Shown here: piece after piece, positions 35,486 through 48,789 of the stretch | How positions within the stretch are numbered: the first letter of the stretch is position 1 | How the letters are laid out: the number at the start of each line of letters is the position of its first letter | NCBI RefSeq assembly: GCF_902713615.1 | Contig: NC_052152.1 | Span: 149,718,815-149,782,814, forward strand | Direction of reading: 5' to 3' | DNA: 64,000 nucleotides | From: Scyliorhinus canicula | Taxonomy: Eukaryota | Notes under the pieces: generated by a model | The model's database searches: none | Told to the model about the DNA's origin: nothing | What the model saw: only the letters and a program-made list of their open reading frames with translations | Translations under genes and position numbers: made by a program

Positions 35486-37667
35486 GCATGGTTGACAATG
35501 GACAAGTATCACAATGCTCTGCTGACATCCATACAGGTCCCATTTCCGCCAGGCACCATTCAATAGTGGCCATGAGGGACAATATTGAATAATTTTGCTA
35601 TCCAAAATCTAAAGACTCTAAGGTAAAATGTGGCGCCTTCTTTCTAACCTGACTAAATGCAACTAACTCATTTTTTAATGAGGCGCCAAAATTTGGGCCT
35701 ATGAGTATTATACCGCGAATGATTGCTTTTCCATACACATTCTGTGCACTCAACTCCAGCTGAGCGGGATGTCTATGTTGGGGAGGGTAATTGAATGGCC
35801 AGCAATTCAATATCCCCTGCTGAATTGCATAGTGAGCTACTTTTTTTGCAATGTTATTTCACATTGATGTCAAGCTATCTTGTCAGATTGCCTCACGTCA
35901 ACAGAATGGGTTTGGATGGTCTGCAGTACACACTACAACCATTGGGTGGCATGTGATTGGGCAATGGGGGGTTTGCCTGCCGTGGTTGGGACAACCACAT
36001 GGGTGAGGTCCCAATAGCTAACTGGGCAATGGGGGGTTTGCCTGCTTTGCCTCTCTCTGAAGAGAGTCCTGTGCTGCCTCCTTTTGGGAAGGCCTGCCAA
36101 ATTAAATGTCATGTAGGAATTGTGGTAGCTGCTGCCAGCAATGCACCTACCTGAGGTTCATGATAATCAAGGGACCCAGGTCTCAGAGGTAGGTGATGGT
36201 GAGGTGGGGTGAAATTATGGGGTGAGTATTCTTGGGGGAGTGGGTGAAGGTGGGGAGGGAGTTTTGCAGCAAGGGCAGAGGTGTGGTTCTCAGTGACACC
36301 CTATCCCAATGTGGTGTACTTGATAGGCATTGAGCAAATGCGGGACCACAATTAGCAGCTTTCAAGCAAACTTGATAGGATTTGCTTTTTGAGCTGAACA
36401 TTTTATTTTTGAGCTGAATGTCAAGTGAGACCCTACCCACTAGTGGTTGAATACCAGGGCAGTGAAATCAGATCCTTAAGAGGCATTAATTTCCTCAGGA
36501 GAGCCATGAACAAATCTTCCCACCCTCGACTCGGTCAGGGCAGCGAAGGTGGCCTGGCCCTCACCCACCACCCTCATGCCCTGATTAAATGCCCCTTGGC
36601 ATTACATTGCATACATAGTATGCCAGTGATGGAGTGGGTGGATACTAAGGGTAGTCATTGAGGTGCCAATCAATTGGACTGTTTGAGCCTGGATGGCATC
36701 AAACTTCTTGAATGCTTATCGCTGTTGTATCTATCCAGGTGGAAGTTATTACATCAAACCCTGGCTCTCACTTGTGGGTGGTGGGAGACTTTGGTGAGTC
36801 AGGAAGTGAGCCACTTAGTGCAGAATACCCTTTTTAACCCTTTATTTCTATCTTCCCCTCCCTTCCCTGTCTCCTTCCGATTAACATCCTCTCCTTTTCC
36901 TCTCCCTTCCCACCTTCCTCAGTGGTGTTTCTCCTGCTGCTACGTTAAATGATTCTACACCCAGATGTCATTGTGTACCACTGGAATGCCAATGTACAAG
37001 GTAGGAGTGGTATTGATGAACGATAGGTCCAATTTGTGCGGATTATCCATGTGTGAGGCAAATTGTTGGATGTACACATGGAGCCTTCCAATCCCTCGGA
37101 GATGCATTATTCAAACATCATACACAAGCATTGCTCTTTGAATGCATGCTCCACTATGACTGAACTGGACAGCAGACTTTCCATGTAAGTAGATATGGTG
37201 GTGAGAACCACCTGCAGAGGAAAAGACAACAGATTTTCAGGGATCTTACTTGCGATGCTCCTCTAATATTGTGAGATTTTTCAGTGACATCTACAGCCAT
37301 GAATGCAGATGTTCGCTCCGATTTCCAAAGGACCATTCCCATTTATGTATCCTCTTCTCAAAATGCTGACATGTGTTGCATAATGAAAATATTATGTGCC
37401 TGCTGAGAACAGCCATTCTTGGTGTGGCATCTTAAGTTATGATCAGATAGAAGCTGAATAGTATTTAGTGCAATACTTTATGGAAGCTTTAAAATGGATG
37501 TAAGGAGCTTAGATACCACAATTGTTGTCGTTGTGTCTTACATTCAAGCAAATCTTGTCATCAAGTGAAAACGCTGCATCAGATGCCTATTTTTTCCAAG
37601 AGAGATAATGGTCTGAAGATTGGTGTCAGCAATGAGCGCTTGCCTCTAACCGTAAGATAAGACTCAC

Positions 37668-37796
37668 GTAGGGGTCAGGCGATCTCTCTCTGGTGAGAAT
37701 TTCACCTCTATCAATGGCCCTACAACTGATTGCAGTGTTCTTTACTGGATATTTCCATCGGACCACCCAACAGGTCAATCCACAAACTTCCCCCCT
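37668..37796 (-). other. Candidate 129-nt host-gene exon (gene unidentified)
   Basis: TTTCCTCTCTAG acceptor and GTGAGT donor in unique DNA, with one open frame: RGEVCGLTCWVVRWKYPVKNTAISCRAIDRGEILTRERSPDPY. Confidence 0.3.
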
Positions 37797-38762
37797 CTAG
37801 AGAGGAAACTAAATGCAGTCAAATAAAATCACTTGCAAGCATTTTTAACAAGAGTAAGTTAAAGGTTGTGGCATACACATTAGGGAGAAGCTAAAATATT
37901 CAAAGAAGATTCTGAAAAAAATGTTTTAGAAATGAGCTTAAAAGTCTGCTAATTAATTATTTAACAGCACTCTGCAAACATTTTCCAGGGGAAGTTACAC
38001 CATTCATCAGGTCTTATTACCATCAGCGCTATTCCAACCCGGTTACACCTGATTGTACAAAGTGAAGCTTTTTTGCAAACCGTGATGTGTGTGGTGGGGG
38101 GGGAGGAGCAAGTTGAAATTCTTCCTGATGTCATTGATTACCAGCCTGGGAGTTGGGGTTGTGAGGTGGGGAAGGGTAGGGGGGAGGGGGTGGGCTTCAG
38201 GATCAGTGGAGGTGGAGGGGGGGAGGGGGGGGGGGTTGTTGCTTGAGTGATGATCGCAATATCAGGATTTCTATGCTGGTCTGAACATACCCAACATCCT
38301 GACGTTGCAGTCAGTTTCAGTGGGGTAATGGCAGTGAACCCTGACAGTTCGTTATCAATCATCACTATCACACTACCAACAGCCCTCCTGCACCTCCCCC
38401 CCCCAACAAACCAGCTAAATCCTGGCCAATAACCCCCCCCCCCAACTAAATCCTGGCCAACAAAGTAGTTGTCCTTGAAAGCATTTTATTTATACATATG
38501 TGAATTAGTGGAGCTGTCTTGAAAGGATCTGGCACTCTAAAACTTAATGCTTTAATGCTGTGGTAATCGCTTCTGTGGGATGCCCACTTCCACATCCAGC
38601 TCTTGGGTGCAGATCTTGTGAAGCGAATCTGCAAATCTGCGACATCCTGTCACACGAAGCAGAGATGGCAAAAACAAGATTTCCTGTGACATGTCTAAGT
38701 GACTGTACCAGGTTCTGTGGCAGTGACAGGTGCAAATAAAACATTGCAGGTGTTGTACTCAC

Positions 38763-38767
38763 ATTTG
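38763..38767 (-). other. Candidate 5-nt microexon CAAAT
   Basis: Long pyrimidine tract ..TTTTCTCTTCCTCTACATTTCTTTCAG|CAAAT|GTGAGT in unique DNA. Confidence 0.4.
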
Positions 38768-39455
38768 CTGAAAGAAATGTAGAGGAAGAGAAAATTGTTA
38801 CACTAGAAAAAACAAAAGAGAACAAAATCATTACTTTACAAAATAAATATAGACCTTTGGACTGCAGCATGTCAATGCATATACCTATGCACGTCAATCA
38901 AGGTACAAAAGACATCAATCGTTTGTTGACTTTTCCTCCAACCTAGCATCAATATTAACCCAAGTGTAGCATTTTGTGTGCGCTATCACATTCTATTTCT
39001 AAACATGTATTGGTAGCAATTTGGTGAGGTTCAGTTTGAAGAGAACTCTCCGGAATGAAACTCGGGTGGATATCCAGTCATATACACATAGGATTATGTA
39101 TATATGGGTTGATAGCAGTTACAAGTTATATGTTTGTCTGATAGAAAAAGGGGCTAGTTCAAGGAAGTTATTGGAAATAAGGAAGAGAATGTGAGGGTAG
39201 ATTAAAAAAAAATTGAGATGAGGGAATAGAGTACATTTGTTGTAGATAAATAAACATGGACATTTGTGTTAGGGTATTTTACGGCAAACTGTTAAGTTTT
39301 TTTTTTAAGAGGGGGAATCTGCTGGAAAATAGTTAATATTCCCCAGTGCCTAAGTTAGAATTGAAACTTTAATTGTTTAATAGACCACACTTATTGTTTG
39401 ACAGAGTGCACATATATATATAAAGGGGATACAGGTGACATCGTGGTGTTGGGGG

Positions 39456-39558
39456 AGAACAAAGAACAGTACATCGGAACAGGCCCTTCGGCCCTCCAAG
39501 CCTGCGCCAATCATGATGCCTGTCTAAACTAAAAACTTCTGCACTTCCGGGGTCCATA
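39456..39558 (-). mobile_element. CR1 3' tail fragment
   Basis: Matches the tail at 11745-11815. Confidence 0.75.
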
Positions 39559-39953
39559 CAATGATTGTAGAACACAATAAAATTGGAGTTGAAGAAGTCA
39601 AAACTTGCTTTCTAGTTCTTGTTACAGAGATACCATTGGAGCTTAACACAGTGGAATGTCACAAAACTATCCTGACCGCTCTTCATCATAAAACATAGGA
39701 CAAAATTCTCTTAAAGAAAAGATAAAAGAGTTGGGCCAAAAAAATGCTGCCTTGTAGTTAAATTACATGTTGTAACAATGCAGAAATTGAGCAGTTGTTC
39801 TACTCTGATAACAAGCAAAAGAAAATGCTGAAGGAGACTTGAAAATCAAGCTCAGAACAAAGATTAAGCATCTGACCACTTGTGTAATTTATAGCATTTG
39901 CAAAATAAAATACTTCTGCTTGGGCCCCGACTGTGGTAGGGACTGAAGTGCAT

Positions 39954-40540
39954 GGGTTGGATTCTCCGGTCGCCGACGCCGAAATCGCGGTCGACGATCG
40001 GCCGGAGAATCATTGCTGCCACCGAAATTGCGGGAGGCGCCGCTTTCGCGATGCTCTGCCCCCTCCAAGGCGGCGTATTCTAGGAATATGCCACACACCG
40101 TATCGGCAGCTTCAGGACGCTATCTGAGGCCGCCCCCCTGATACTCCATCCCTGACCAGCCGAGTTCCCGACGGCGTCGGTCGCATGTGCTATTTTTTGT
40201 CAGGAACTCAACATGGTGGCTGTGGACTCACACAGTCAGCGGGGAGCCGATCCGTAGGCAGGGGGGACCTAGGCAGGGACTGGGGGCACTGTTGGGGGGG
40301 GGGGGGGGGGTGGCGGTCTGGGGCTCGCGAGCCTGGCCAAAGGGGGAAACTATTTGGTAGGCTGGGTCCTCGCGCGGCCGGTGCCATGTTGCACGGCCCC
40401 AGACCCAGCGCCGTGTTGCATGGCTAGCCCCCCATCAAACGGCCAATCAGTGGTCAATTTGCACCGATTTTTAAGTTGTAAAACGCCACCGTTCCCAAGT
40501 CGGCATCAGGACATAGCCTAGAAATCGCAGAATCCATCCC
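39954..40540. mobile_element. Harbinger-type MITE
   Basis: TIRs GGGTTGGATTCTCCG / CGCAGAATCCATCCC; TSD CAT. Confidence 0.9.
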
Positions 40541-40752
40541 CATATTTTCTTTACATTTTATTTTTTTGTTTCTTATGCATTAGTATTAGCACCCATGTCA
40601 AATATACAAAAGCTGTTTTGAAGGAATTAAATAGCTACAATCATCAAATCAACCTCCTCTATCTGCCGACGTTCATCTTCTATCATCATTGTTGATGAGG
40701 AAGCAGACAAGTGTAAGCTGATTTTATAAAACAAACGTATTAAGTAACCCAT

Positions 40753-41070
40753 GGGCAGCACGGTAGCATAGTGGTTAGCCGTTGCTTCACAGCTCCAGGG
40801 TCCCAGGTTCGATTCCCGGCTTGGGTTACTGTCTGTGCGGGGTCTGTACGTTCTCCCCGTGTCTGCGTGGGTTTCCTCCCACAGTGCAAAGATGAGCAGC
40901 TTAGGTGGATTGGCCCTAATAAATTGCCCAAGAAGGTCAGGTGGGGTTCCTGGGTTACGGGGATAGGGTGGAGGAGGCGTGGGCTTGAGTAGGGTGCTCT
41001 TTCCAAGGGACAGTGCAGACATGATGGGCTGAATGGCCTCCTTCTGCACTGTAAATTCTATGATTCTATG
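40753..41070 (+). mobile_element. HE1/V-SINE-like SINE (tail type 1)
   Basis: Same family as 8947-9290. Confidence 0.9.
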
Positions 41071-41149
41071 ACCCAGTTTCAGGCTAAAAATACTGCTGAA
41101 TGCTATAATATCTAAAAAGAGAAAGGGGTGGCATTATTGATTATATGAA

Positions 41150-41570
41150 CTATTATAGCCCAAAGTGGGATGAGGTAGTTCAGGGACAAATGGTTGGTTT
41201 ACTTGGTCAAAATCAAGGAACAATAGAAGAGCCAGTGTGACTCCAGTATGTGTTCTATATAGATCACCAAATATTGGGAAGAAATTAAAGGAGCAAACAC
41301 ATTAAAGACAGTTGAAAGAACTAAAGAGTAGTGATGCTGGTGGACTTCACTTCAATAAACCTATTATAAACTGCGGTAGTAACAATATAAAGGGAAAAGA
41401 TGGGGGGGGGGGGAATTCCCAAAATGTGTACAAGAGAACTTTCTTGATCAGTGTGTTTCCTGCCGAATGAAAAAGGAAGCAATGCTGTATCCAATTCTGG
41501 AGAATGAATTTGAGAAAGTATTTAGCAAACAGTGATCATAATATCATAGGTTTAAGGTATTTATGTGTTA
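41150..41570 (+). mobile_element. Decayed CR1 endonuclease-region fragment
   Basis: YRSPN, VVMLVDF, VQENFLDQ and SDHNII-like remnants. Confidence 0.55.
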
Positions 41571-42084
41571 CCCCTTGGATCATTTTGCTCTGCAGCCTCT
41601 ATTTTTGCTCTATTCAACTATCTTAGTTTCTGTGCTTCAACAGGTGTCAATTCCTCATCCATTCTATTTATATCCCATTGAGTTGGCTCTGAGCTTTTGA
41701 GTGCAAAGGAGAGGATGAATGACAGAGTAGATGAGTGGTCACCAGTGTTGCCAAAGGTTGAGGGGATTGCAAGGAAATATTCTCCGCTGAATCTTGGTTT
41801 AAAACCTTTGGAGGAGAAGAAGCAGCAATGTTAACTTTGGGGTGGTTGAGCAGCATTGCTGAAAGGAAAGTGGAAGCTGGTGAAGAAATTGAAGAAAGCA
41901 TTAAAATGAAACGGTGGACATTCCATCAAAAGAACTGAAGGCACAAAGACTCTCACCACTCCATCCCCAACTTTCACAGCAGAGCGAAAGCCAATTCTGA
42001 CCTTAGTTACCTCTTCACATGACGTAAAATGTCAGAAGTTGGCTTGCCCTCCTTCAGTGGCCTGGTCTCCACTTGCAGTCATAG

Positions 42085-42320
42085 AGTTATAGAGCCAGTA
42101 TGTCACAAGAGGAGGCTCAGCACCTTGAATCAGTGCCAGCTCTCTGGAGAGAATTCCAGTCAGCCCCATTCTCCTGCTCCTTCCCAATAGCCTTGAAAGT
42201 TTATTTCCCTCAAACGTTGATCCAATATCCTTCTGAAATTTCTGCTTTAACCGCTCTCTAGGCAACAGGTTACAGGTCATTATCACACAACGCATAAAAT
42301 AGTTCCTCCTTAAGATTCCC
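42085..42320 (-). mobile_element. Decayed CR1 3' end
   Basis: Tail-like sequence and coding-end remnants on the minus strand. Confidence 0.55.
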
Positions 42321-43034
42321 TGGTCGGAATTCTCCGTTCAGATTCTCCCGATGGAGGTGAATTGGAACTGATTTGCTCTCCCGCTGGGAGCGTAAATCAT
42401 GAAGCATTTCATTACACCTCACCATGCAAATTTATGCATGGCGAGGAATACGAGAGATTCCCAAGGGAATCCTGCTATCGGGCTGCCATTTTGAGCAGGC
42501 GGCCCAATAGCAAAGTCCTACGGCTGGCAATCCCCCACAACTCAAGCAGTCCCCCCCACCCCCGCATCTCGAATCAGACCCCCAACTCCCCCACATCACA
42601 AAGCAGGCCCCGCATAACAATTCAATCCCCCATACCCGGATTTTCTTGGTCCCCCATTCCCCCAAGTATTGGTTGACCCAACATGTCCGCACTCCCCCCC
42701 CCCCCCCCCCCCCCCGCGACCCAGAGAACCCCCGAATAGGGGATGCCCCAGACCCCCTGGATAGGGGGACCACCCACAGAGACCCCTGGATAGTGGGTTC
42801 CCTGAGACCCCCTGAATAGGGGGACCCAACAGAGACTCCAAACAAAAGGGACTCCCAGAGGCCTCGTAAGTAAAGGAGACCCCTTCAGAAAGCCCCCTCC
42901 TCATTCCCAGAAAGGACATCCCTGTCTGAAAGCTGGAGAGCAGTTCATACAGAAGCAATGAAAAAAATACTGTTGTAACACTTACTGGGGTTCAGACAAT
43001 GTAATCACGGGGGGGGGTGGGGGGGGGTGGGGTG

Positions 43035-43561
43035 GGGGGGGATTCTCTGATAATGGGGCTATGTCCCCCATGCCCGCTAGAGAGTCCAGAGTGATTCTCC
43101 TGGAGGGGGCTACCAGGGCTCCAGAGTGCTCCACGCAGCTCTGGCTGCTGATACGGGGCCTTGCACTTACGGCCGCAGGTCTGCCATGCGCGCAGCAGCA
43201 GCCCCGCGTAACATGGCGGACCCACAAAGTGGGCCGGCACCGCCAAATAGGCCCCCCTCCAGATCACGTGCATCCATCGAGCCTGGCTGTCTTGGAGGCC
43301 CCCCCAGTGATGAATCCCTCCCCCCCAGAAAGGCGGCCACGGACTGTGTCAACAGTCACCACTCCGAGTGCCCACTGGGTGGAACCATGAGTGAACCACA
43401 CCGATGGGAATTCGGCCAGTTGCCAGCGGAGAATCGCCACAGGTGTCTCTTTGAATGGACCCCGACCGGCGCTACGCGGCACGCGATCGCGGATCTGATG
43501 CCCCATTCTCCGCCCCCACACCAAACGTGATTGCCGCGCGGAGGCTCGGAGAATCCCGGCC
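43035..43561. mobile_element. Harbinger-type MITE nested in the foldback element
   Basis: Ends GGGGGATTCTC..GGAGAATCCCGGCC. Confidence 0.75.
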
Positions 43562-43756
43562 TACGTGTCCATTCCTGGAAAGAGAAGAGCAGTGATCTGT
43601 GTTCAAACACTTCAGATCCTTTAGCTGCTTACAAACATCAACCACTTTAAAGAGAGTCACGTGCTGTCAATTCTCACCTTAGCACTTCAAAATTACTGAA
43701 GCGTGAAGGGGGGGCGATTGGAATGAACTTAACTCTCTTGAAGTGGATGATATTTG

Positions 43757-43984
43757 TGTGGTAGGCTATATTAGGGGTATTGCGGTACCTAGGTGGGATG
43801 TACCTTATACTGTAGTATGAGTGGTAGAACATGCCTGCTGGTTCCGCCCAGCAGCCGGAGCATAAGAGTCTGTGTTTCACCCACAGCAGTCATTCTGTAC
43901 CGGAGCTGCTGGGGTTAACTATTTGTTCATTAAAGCCTTCAATTGGACTACAATCTCGCTTCAGTAGTGATTGATCGCGCATCA
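43757..43984 (+). mobile_element. Solo Gypsy LTR (228 bp)
   Basis: TG...CA ends with TSD ATTTG (43752-43756, 43985-43989). ATTAAAGCCTT and an ATTGATCGCGCATCA end resemble the 2874/7015 LTR layout. Confidence 0.9.
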
Positions 43985-45399
43985 ATTTGTAAATATTGTA
44001 GTTAAAGCGTTTCAAAATTACTCATCCATGAATGGAGATAAATGAAGCAAGGTTAACAGCTGTGTTTGTGGAAGCTGTCAATCACAGTCAACTGAGAGAA
44101 ATGAATGGATGGCTTGCAGCTAAAGGATCTGATGGGTGTTTAAACACAGGTCACTGCTTTTCTTATTCCAGGAATGGACATGTCATACTTCCCATGTCTG
44201 AGTCAGCAGGTGCATACAATGGTGGGTGTTAGAACTGCTCTTGTCTGGACTGTTCTCTAGCTTCGAGACAGGAGTCTCCTTTCTGGGATGTCTGTGGGGG
44301 TGAATTCCTTTAGTTAGGGTGTCTCTATGGGGGGGGGGGTTCCTTTAATTAGGAGGTTATCTGGAGGGTCCCTTTACTTCTGGGATGTCACTGGTTCTAG
44401 GGAGTCCTGGGGGTGGGGAGGATCTGGTAGTGAAGGAGTGGGCAGGTTGTGCATTGTGGTGGGAGGGTGGCCCTTGGATGGACTTGGCCTAGCAAGAGGT
44501 CCAGTACATTTGGGCCACAATGGTAAATACCAGAAGTGATCCTCATCCATGTGATTCCCGATCCAGAGGACTGGAAAATCACGAGACCCCGGAGACTCTG
44601 GTGCCGGACTCTGGTCTTTCGGACCCATTTGCATTCATTAACATCCTCCCTCTGGCATGCAGGTGTAAATACTACTCCTGCTGTCAGTGGGGAGCTGGAG
44701 CATAGAGGTTGGTTCAGCTCCTTGCACGGACCTCGATTTTGGTCGGATGCCTGATTCTCCACCTGATCGTTTTACGCATTGTCGGCATTGCGGGGCAGAG
44801 AATGCAGCCTCCTGTATCGTTTGTCCCAAATTATAAATCTGTGTCCTCTGGTTCTTTTTCTTGTCTGTTTTGTCAGAACCCGTATACCTCAATCTAAATT
44901 CTTCTTAATCGCCTTTGTTCTGTTGCAAACAAGCCCAATTTCTGCTGAGGAAGCGAACAAACGAAGTGGGTGGACAGTAGGACCCTGAGGGTAATGTATT
45001 CACAGACAGAGAACAAAGGAGAGAGCAGAGCACAGCATGGCTCGGGGGGGGGGGGGGGGGGGGGGGGTAACCTTGTGGTGAGCATGCTGAAAAGGATGCT
45101 GGGTTACCATGCAAAGTGGCCAATTAGGATATAGGGCCAGGTCAGGAGGTGTATAGAATGACCAATGGGAAGCTTATGTGTGAATCTTACTGTGATTTTG
45201 AATATATCTGTAGAAAAGTTTTTGTCTCGCTCTCTCTTACTCCTGGATTTTGCAAAAGACAGTATGTGTGTCCTGTAGCTCTATGGATTGATGCAGCCTT
45301 GCAAGTTAGTTATTATTAAATGATATGATACCTGCAAATCCATCTCAGATTTATTGAATCTAGACTGACAGCAAATTAGCCAGGAATTAACATTGCAAT

Positions 45400-45660
45400 C
45401 TAATCTGGTACCTAAAATCCCTAATCTCTGGAACCCTTCAGGTAAATCTCTTCTGCACCCTCTCTCGGAGCCTCACAATCCTTCCTAACGTGGGGTAACC
45501 AGCATTGTTTGAAATACTCTACTTGTGTTCTAACCAATGGTTCAATATAATTTCCCTACTTTTGTACTCAATGCCTCCATTTATAAAGCTCAAGATCCCA
45601 TATGCTTTGCGAACTATTCCCCCATTATGTCCTGCCACCTTCAAAGATCTTAAATGTTTT
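45400..45660 (-). mobile_element. CR1 RT fragment
   Basis: RSLKVAG..RKAYGILSFINGGIEYKSRE. Confidence 0.75.
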
Positions 45661-45739
45661 ATCCCGTTGGAGGATTGGTAAACTGTTGCTGTACTCAGGT
45701 CCTGCAATTGTGAGCAGTGTTTACTGAATGGTAAGGTTA

Positions 45740-45912
45740 CAATAATAATGATAACAACTTTTTATTGTCCCAAATATGAAGTTACAGTGAAAAGGCCCCA
45801 GTCGCCACATTCCGGCGCCTGTTTGGGTAAGCTGATCCAGGAATTGAACCGGCGCTGCTGGCCTTATTCTGCATCACAAATCAGCTGGCTAGCCCACTTA
45901 GCTAAACCAGCC
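45740..45912 (-). mobile_element. Short tRNA SINE (family B)
   Basis: Homologous to 655-832. Confidence 0.85.
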
Positions 45913-46796
45913 CTCACTGGTTTGCACAGGGGAGCAAAGTGCACAAGCATGCATTGTGTGTTTTTACTTCTGGGACAAGGGATAAGGTGCCCTTATTTAA
46001 AGTATTGCCCATGTGTTCTCTGTGATTCATTTGTAAGCGCGTTGTTAATCTGGTAAAGTATTAAATCCCTGTATTGTCTAATTTATGCCAGCAGCACTTC
46101 TACACGACATCAGCCTCTGAAAAATTAGAGATTCACCTTTTTACTTGCTTCAGCATCAGCCATTTCAAACCCCCTTCCCACACCCTGTTTAGATATAACT
46201 GTGTGAAGCACTTTAAAATACAAGTTATGCTCTTCTGCACTCCTACCCTGAATTTCCATCACATTTTTTGTTCTCTGCTTTCAGGATTCTAGCCCTTGTC
46301 AGATTAGCAGTATTTGAATTAACTGACGTGTAATTCCTGACGCCATCTGCTTTATCCAGTTTCAGCAGGCATATTTGCCGTGTTTACTTCTCCAATCTGA
46401 AGGAAAAAAATGAACTTTCCTTGTGGCTTCACTATAAATTCATTGCCTGTGAAGCAAAATGAGATGTTTCTAGGTGACATCGCAAATTCTGTAGCTCGGT
46501 CTTGACCTTCCCTATTTCATCCTCCAGAAACCGACCTCAGCAACTGCAAGTTAACTTTGTATTTGAACCTTAAACTGAGGGATTGTCACTGAGTTAGGAA
46601 ACAGAGATGGTCAAGGCAGAAGCATTGTGCAAAATGTCCCCATTGGTAGTCTGTGCAAACACTTCAGTTTGAAGCAGAATATTGACATGCAGCTGTTGCG
46701 GATCTGGGCTCCAATCATTACCATGGAGATCGCACTTGACAGTCAGTGTGCATTAACCCGGTTGTCATAATGTTGGGGATGGTTGAGATCTTAGAA

Positions 46797-47840
46797 CAGG
46801 GTTTCCCAAACCTTTTAAGCTGCTGAACCCCTAGTGACCTCCCAAGTGCATCAGGGAACCCCATGCATTCTCATAATGTCAACGCCCCTTTTTTTTGCTG
46901 CAAAATGGGTGTGAACACAAATATCAAATGTAAGCAAGTCTGTTCTAGCTATATCTATGCATGTATTAGGAAGAGGCACACAGCAAAATGTAGATTCACC
47001 AGCAACATGGAGCCCTCACATTAACCCCTGGCCAAGTCACCTTCCCATGGCCTCGTCACATTAACCCCTGGAAGTATTACTCACTTTAGGAATGGGTAAT
47101 CTAAATAGTTCTCTTATTAAAAAAAATTAAGTCTTACCTTTTGTCATTTTTAATGGGAATTCAGCTGGAAAGCATATACTCATATTGGACACATGTGTGT
47201 CTCTCTCCCTCGCACACACACATGTCTTTCACATACACACACATCCCCCTCACTCTCACCCACACACACATACCTCCCTCTCACTCATACACAAATGTCT
47301 TATTCTCTCTCATACACACACATACACGTCTCTCTCCGTCTCACAGATGCGCACACACACACTCACTCCCTCTCTCAGACACACTCATTACCTCTCTCAC
47401 ACTCACTCAACCCCTCTCTCACACACATCCTACATCCTGCCACACACACTCACCTCTCTTTCACTCGCTCCGAGGCCTGCTTGAGCCCACCCCCTGCCGC
47501 TCTAAGGCCCACGCTGAAAGTCCCCCCGGACGTCCCAAACCCCCCACTCTGCAGCTAGATAGTCCCTCTGTTCCAAGGCCTGTGCTGGATGCCCCATTCC
47601 AAGGCTCGCCCCACTCCAAGGCTTGCTCTGAGCACCCGCCACCACACTCCAGCACGCGTTTCAAATTCTGTTTGGGGGCCATCTCTTCCCATTACTCCAC
47701 CCACGTTCATCCAGAGAATCCAGCCTCTGATTGGATATGTAGTTCTGCAGCATTTTTTAAATATGCCTGTCTTGTCACGGACATCTGAGAGGCTTCCAAG
47801 GGCCCCTTGTGTTCCACAGAGCCCAGATTGGGAACCCCTG
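46797..47840. mobile_element. hAT (Charlie-like) non-autonomous element with an internal CA/CT-rich tract
   Basis: TIRs CAGGGTTTCCCAA / TTGGGAACCCCTG. Second copy at 50204-51615. 8-bp TSD not preserved. Confidence 0.75.
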
Positions 47841-48789
47841 CCTCAAACAATTCTTAAAAAGCTTTCCCTCATTTAATGATTGACTATTTTATAGACTTCC
47901 AATCTTATTCTACGAACTGACATTTAAATAATAATCTGGAGCTGTTGCATTTAATTCAATGCTTCACTAATGTGAACTCTTGATCAAAATCCCACCTAGA
48001 TTAAAGTAATCTATCCAGGGAGTACATTGCGAGAGACAGAAAGGATCCTTTTCGGGCTGAAGAGTATGGGGAAGTTCACTGAACATCCGGTAGACTGGCT
48101 GTGCGATTGCAGCAGGCTATTGCAAGAATCTGGCAGAGCAACTTTGTCATGGAAATCACTCCCATGGACCTATGTAAGGGTCCAATATTTTGCAGTGGCT
48201 CAGCAGAGTGTACCCCGAAGACTGTGAAGAGTTTTGAAAATTTACTCACAAGCTCAAAATGTGAAGGTGTAAGTCAAGTCAAAATGTATCATTCTCACTT
48301 ACTTTGCATCTGTATACAATGGCCCAGATTTTCCTGTCAAAATAATGATGAGGCTAATGCATTCACCATTATTTATGTCCAAATTGCACAACAATTTCAG
48401 GCGTGGGCAGATGTGTGGCTCAACGCAGAAATCAGAATGCCACTGGCTGAGATGTGCCACTCTAATGTGAGCTTCAGTAAAAGGAGACGTAATTCTCCGA
48501 TTCACCGTTCAAATGCTTGAAGTTTGTATATATAATGGTAGCTAGAAAATAAACTCTCTGCAGAAAACGAGGGCTTCATGCTGTACAACGTCTTTGGCAC
48601 TTACAGTCTCATTCTTTTGGCTTTTAAATGTTGATGGAAATGTTTTACTTTTCTGCATTTTTCTCTCTCTTCAGCCAATCCTTCTTTACCTCTTTATATT
48701 TTACTTTTCAAACCTGATTTGACATTGAATCCATTACTCTAACTTATACTTCCAGTATACTTCTGCCTTATTCCTTTTGTGAATTTTAA

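Larger units (their letters stand above)
42322..44770. mobile_element. Large foldback non-autonomous DNA transposon (probably Harbinger-type) with nested insertions
   Basis: 43565-43628 is an inverted copy of 44116-44182, and 42902-42957 is an inverted copy of 44234-44290. Confidence 0.7.

Noticed and set aside
44820-45392. LTR-like segment with two CCAAT boxes
   Set aside because: Could not define termini with a matching TSD.
47141-47788. His/Thr-rich ORFs
   Set aside because: Translation of a CA/CT low-complexity tract within a hAT element.
48027-48520. 139-aa ORF in unique DNA
   Set aside because: No recognisable domain or convincing acceptor.
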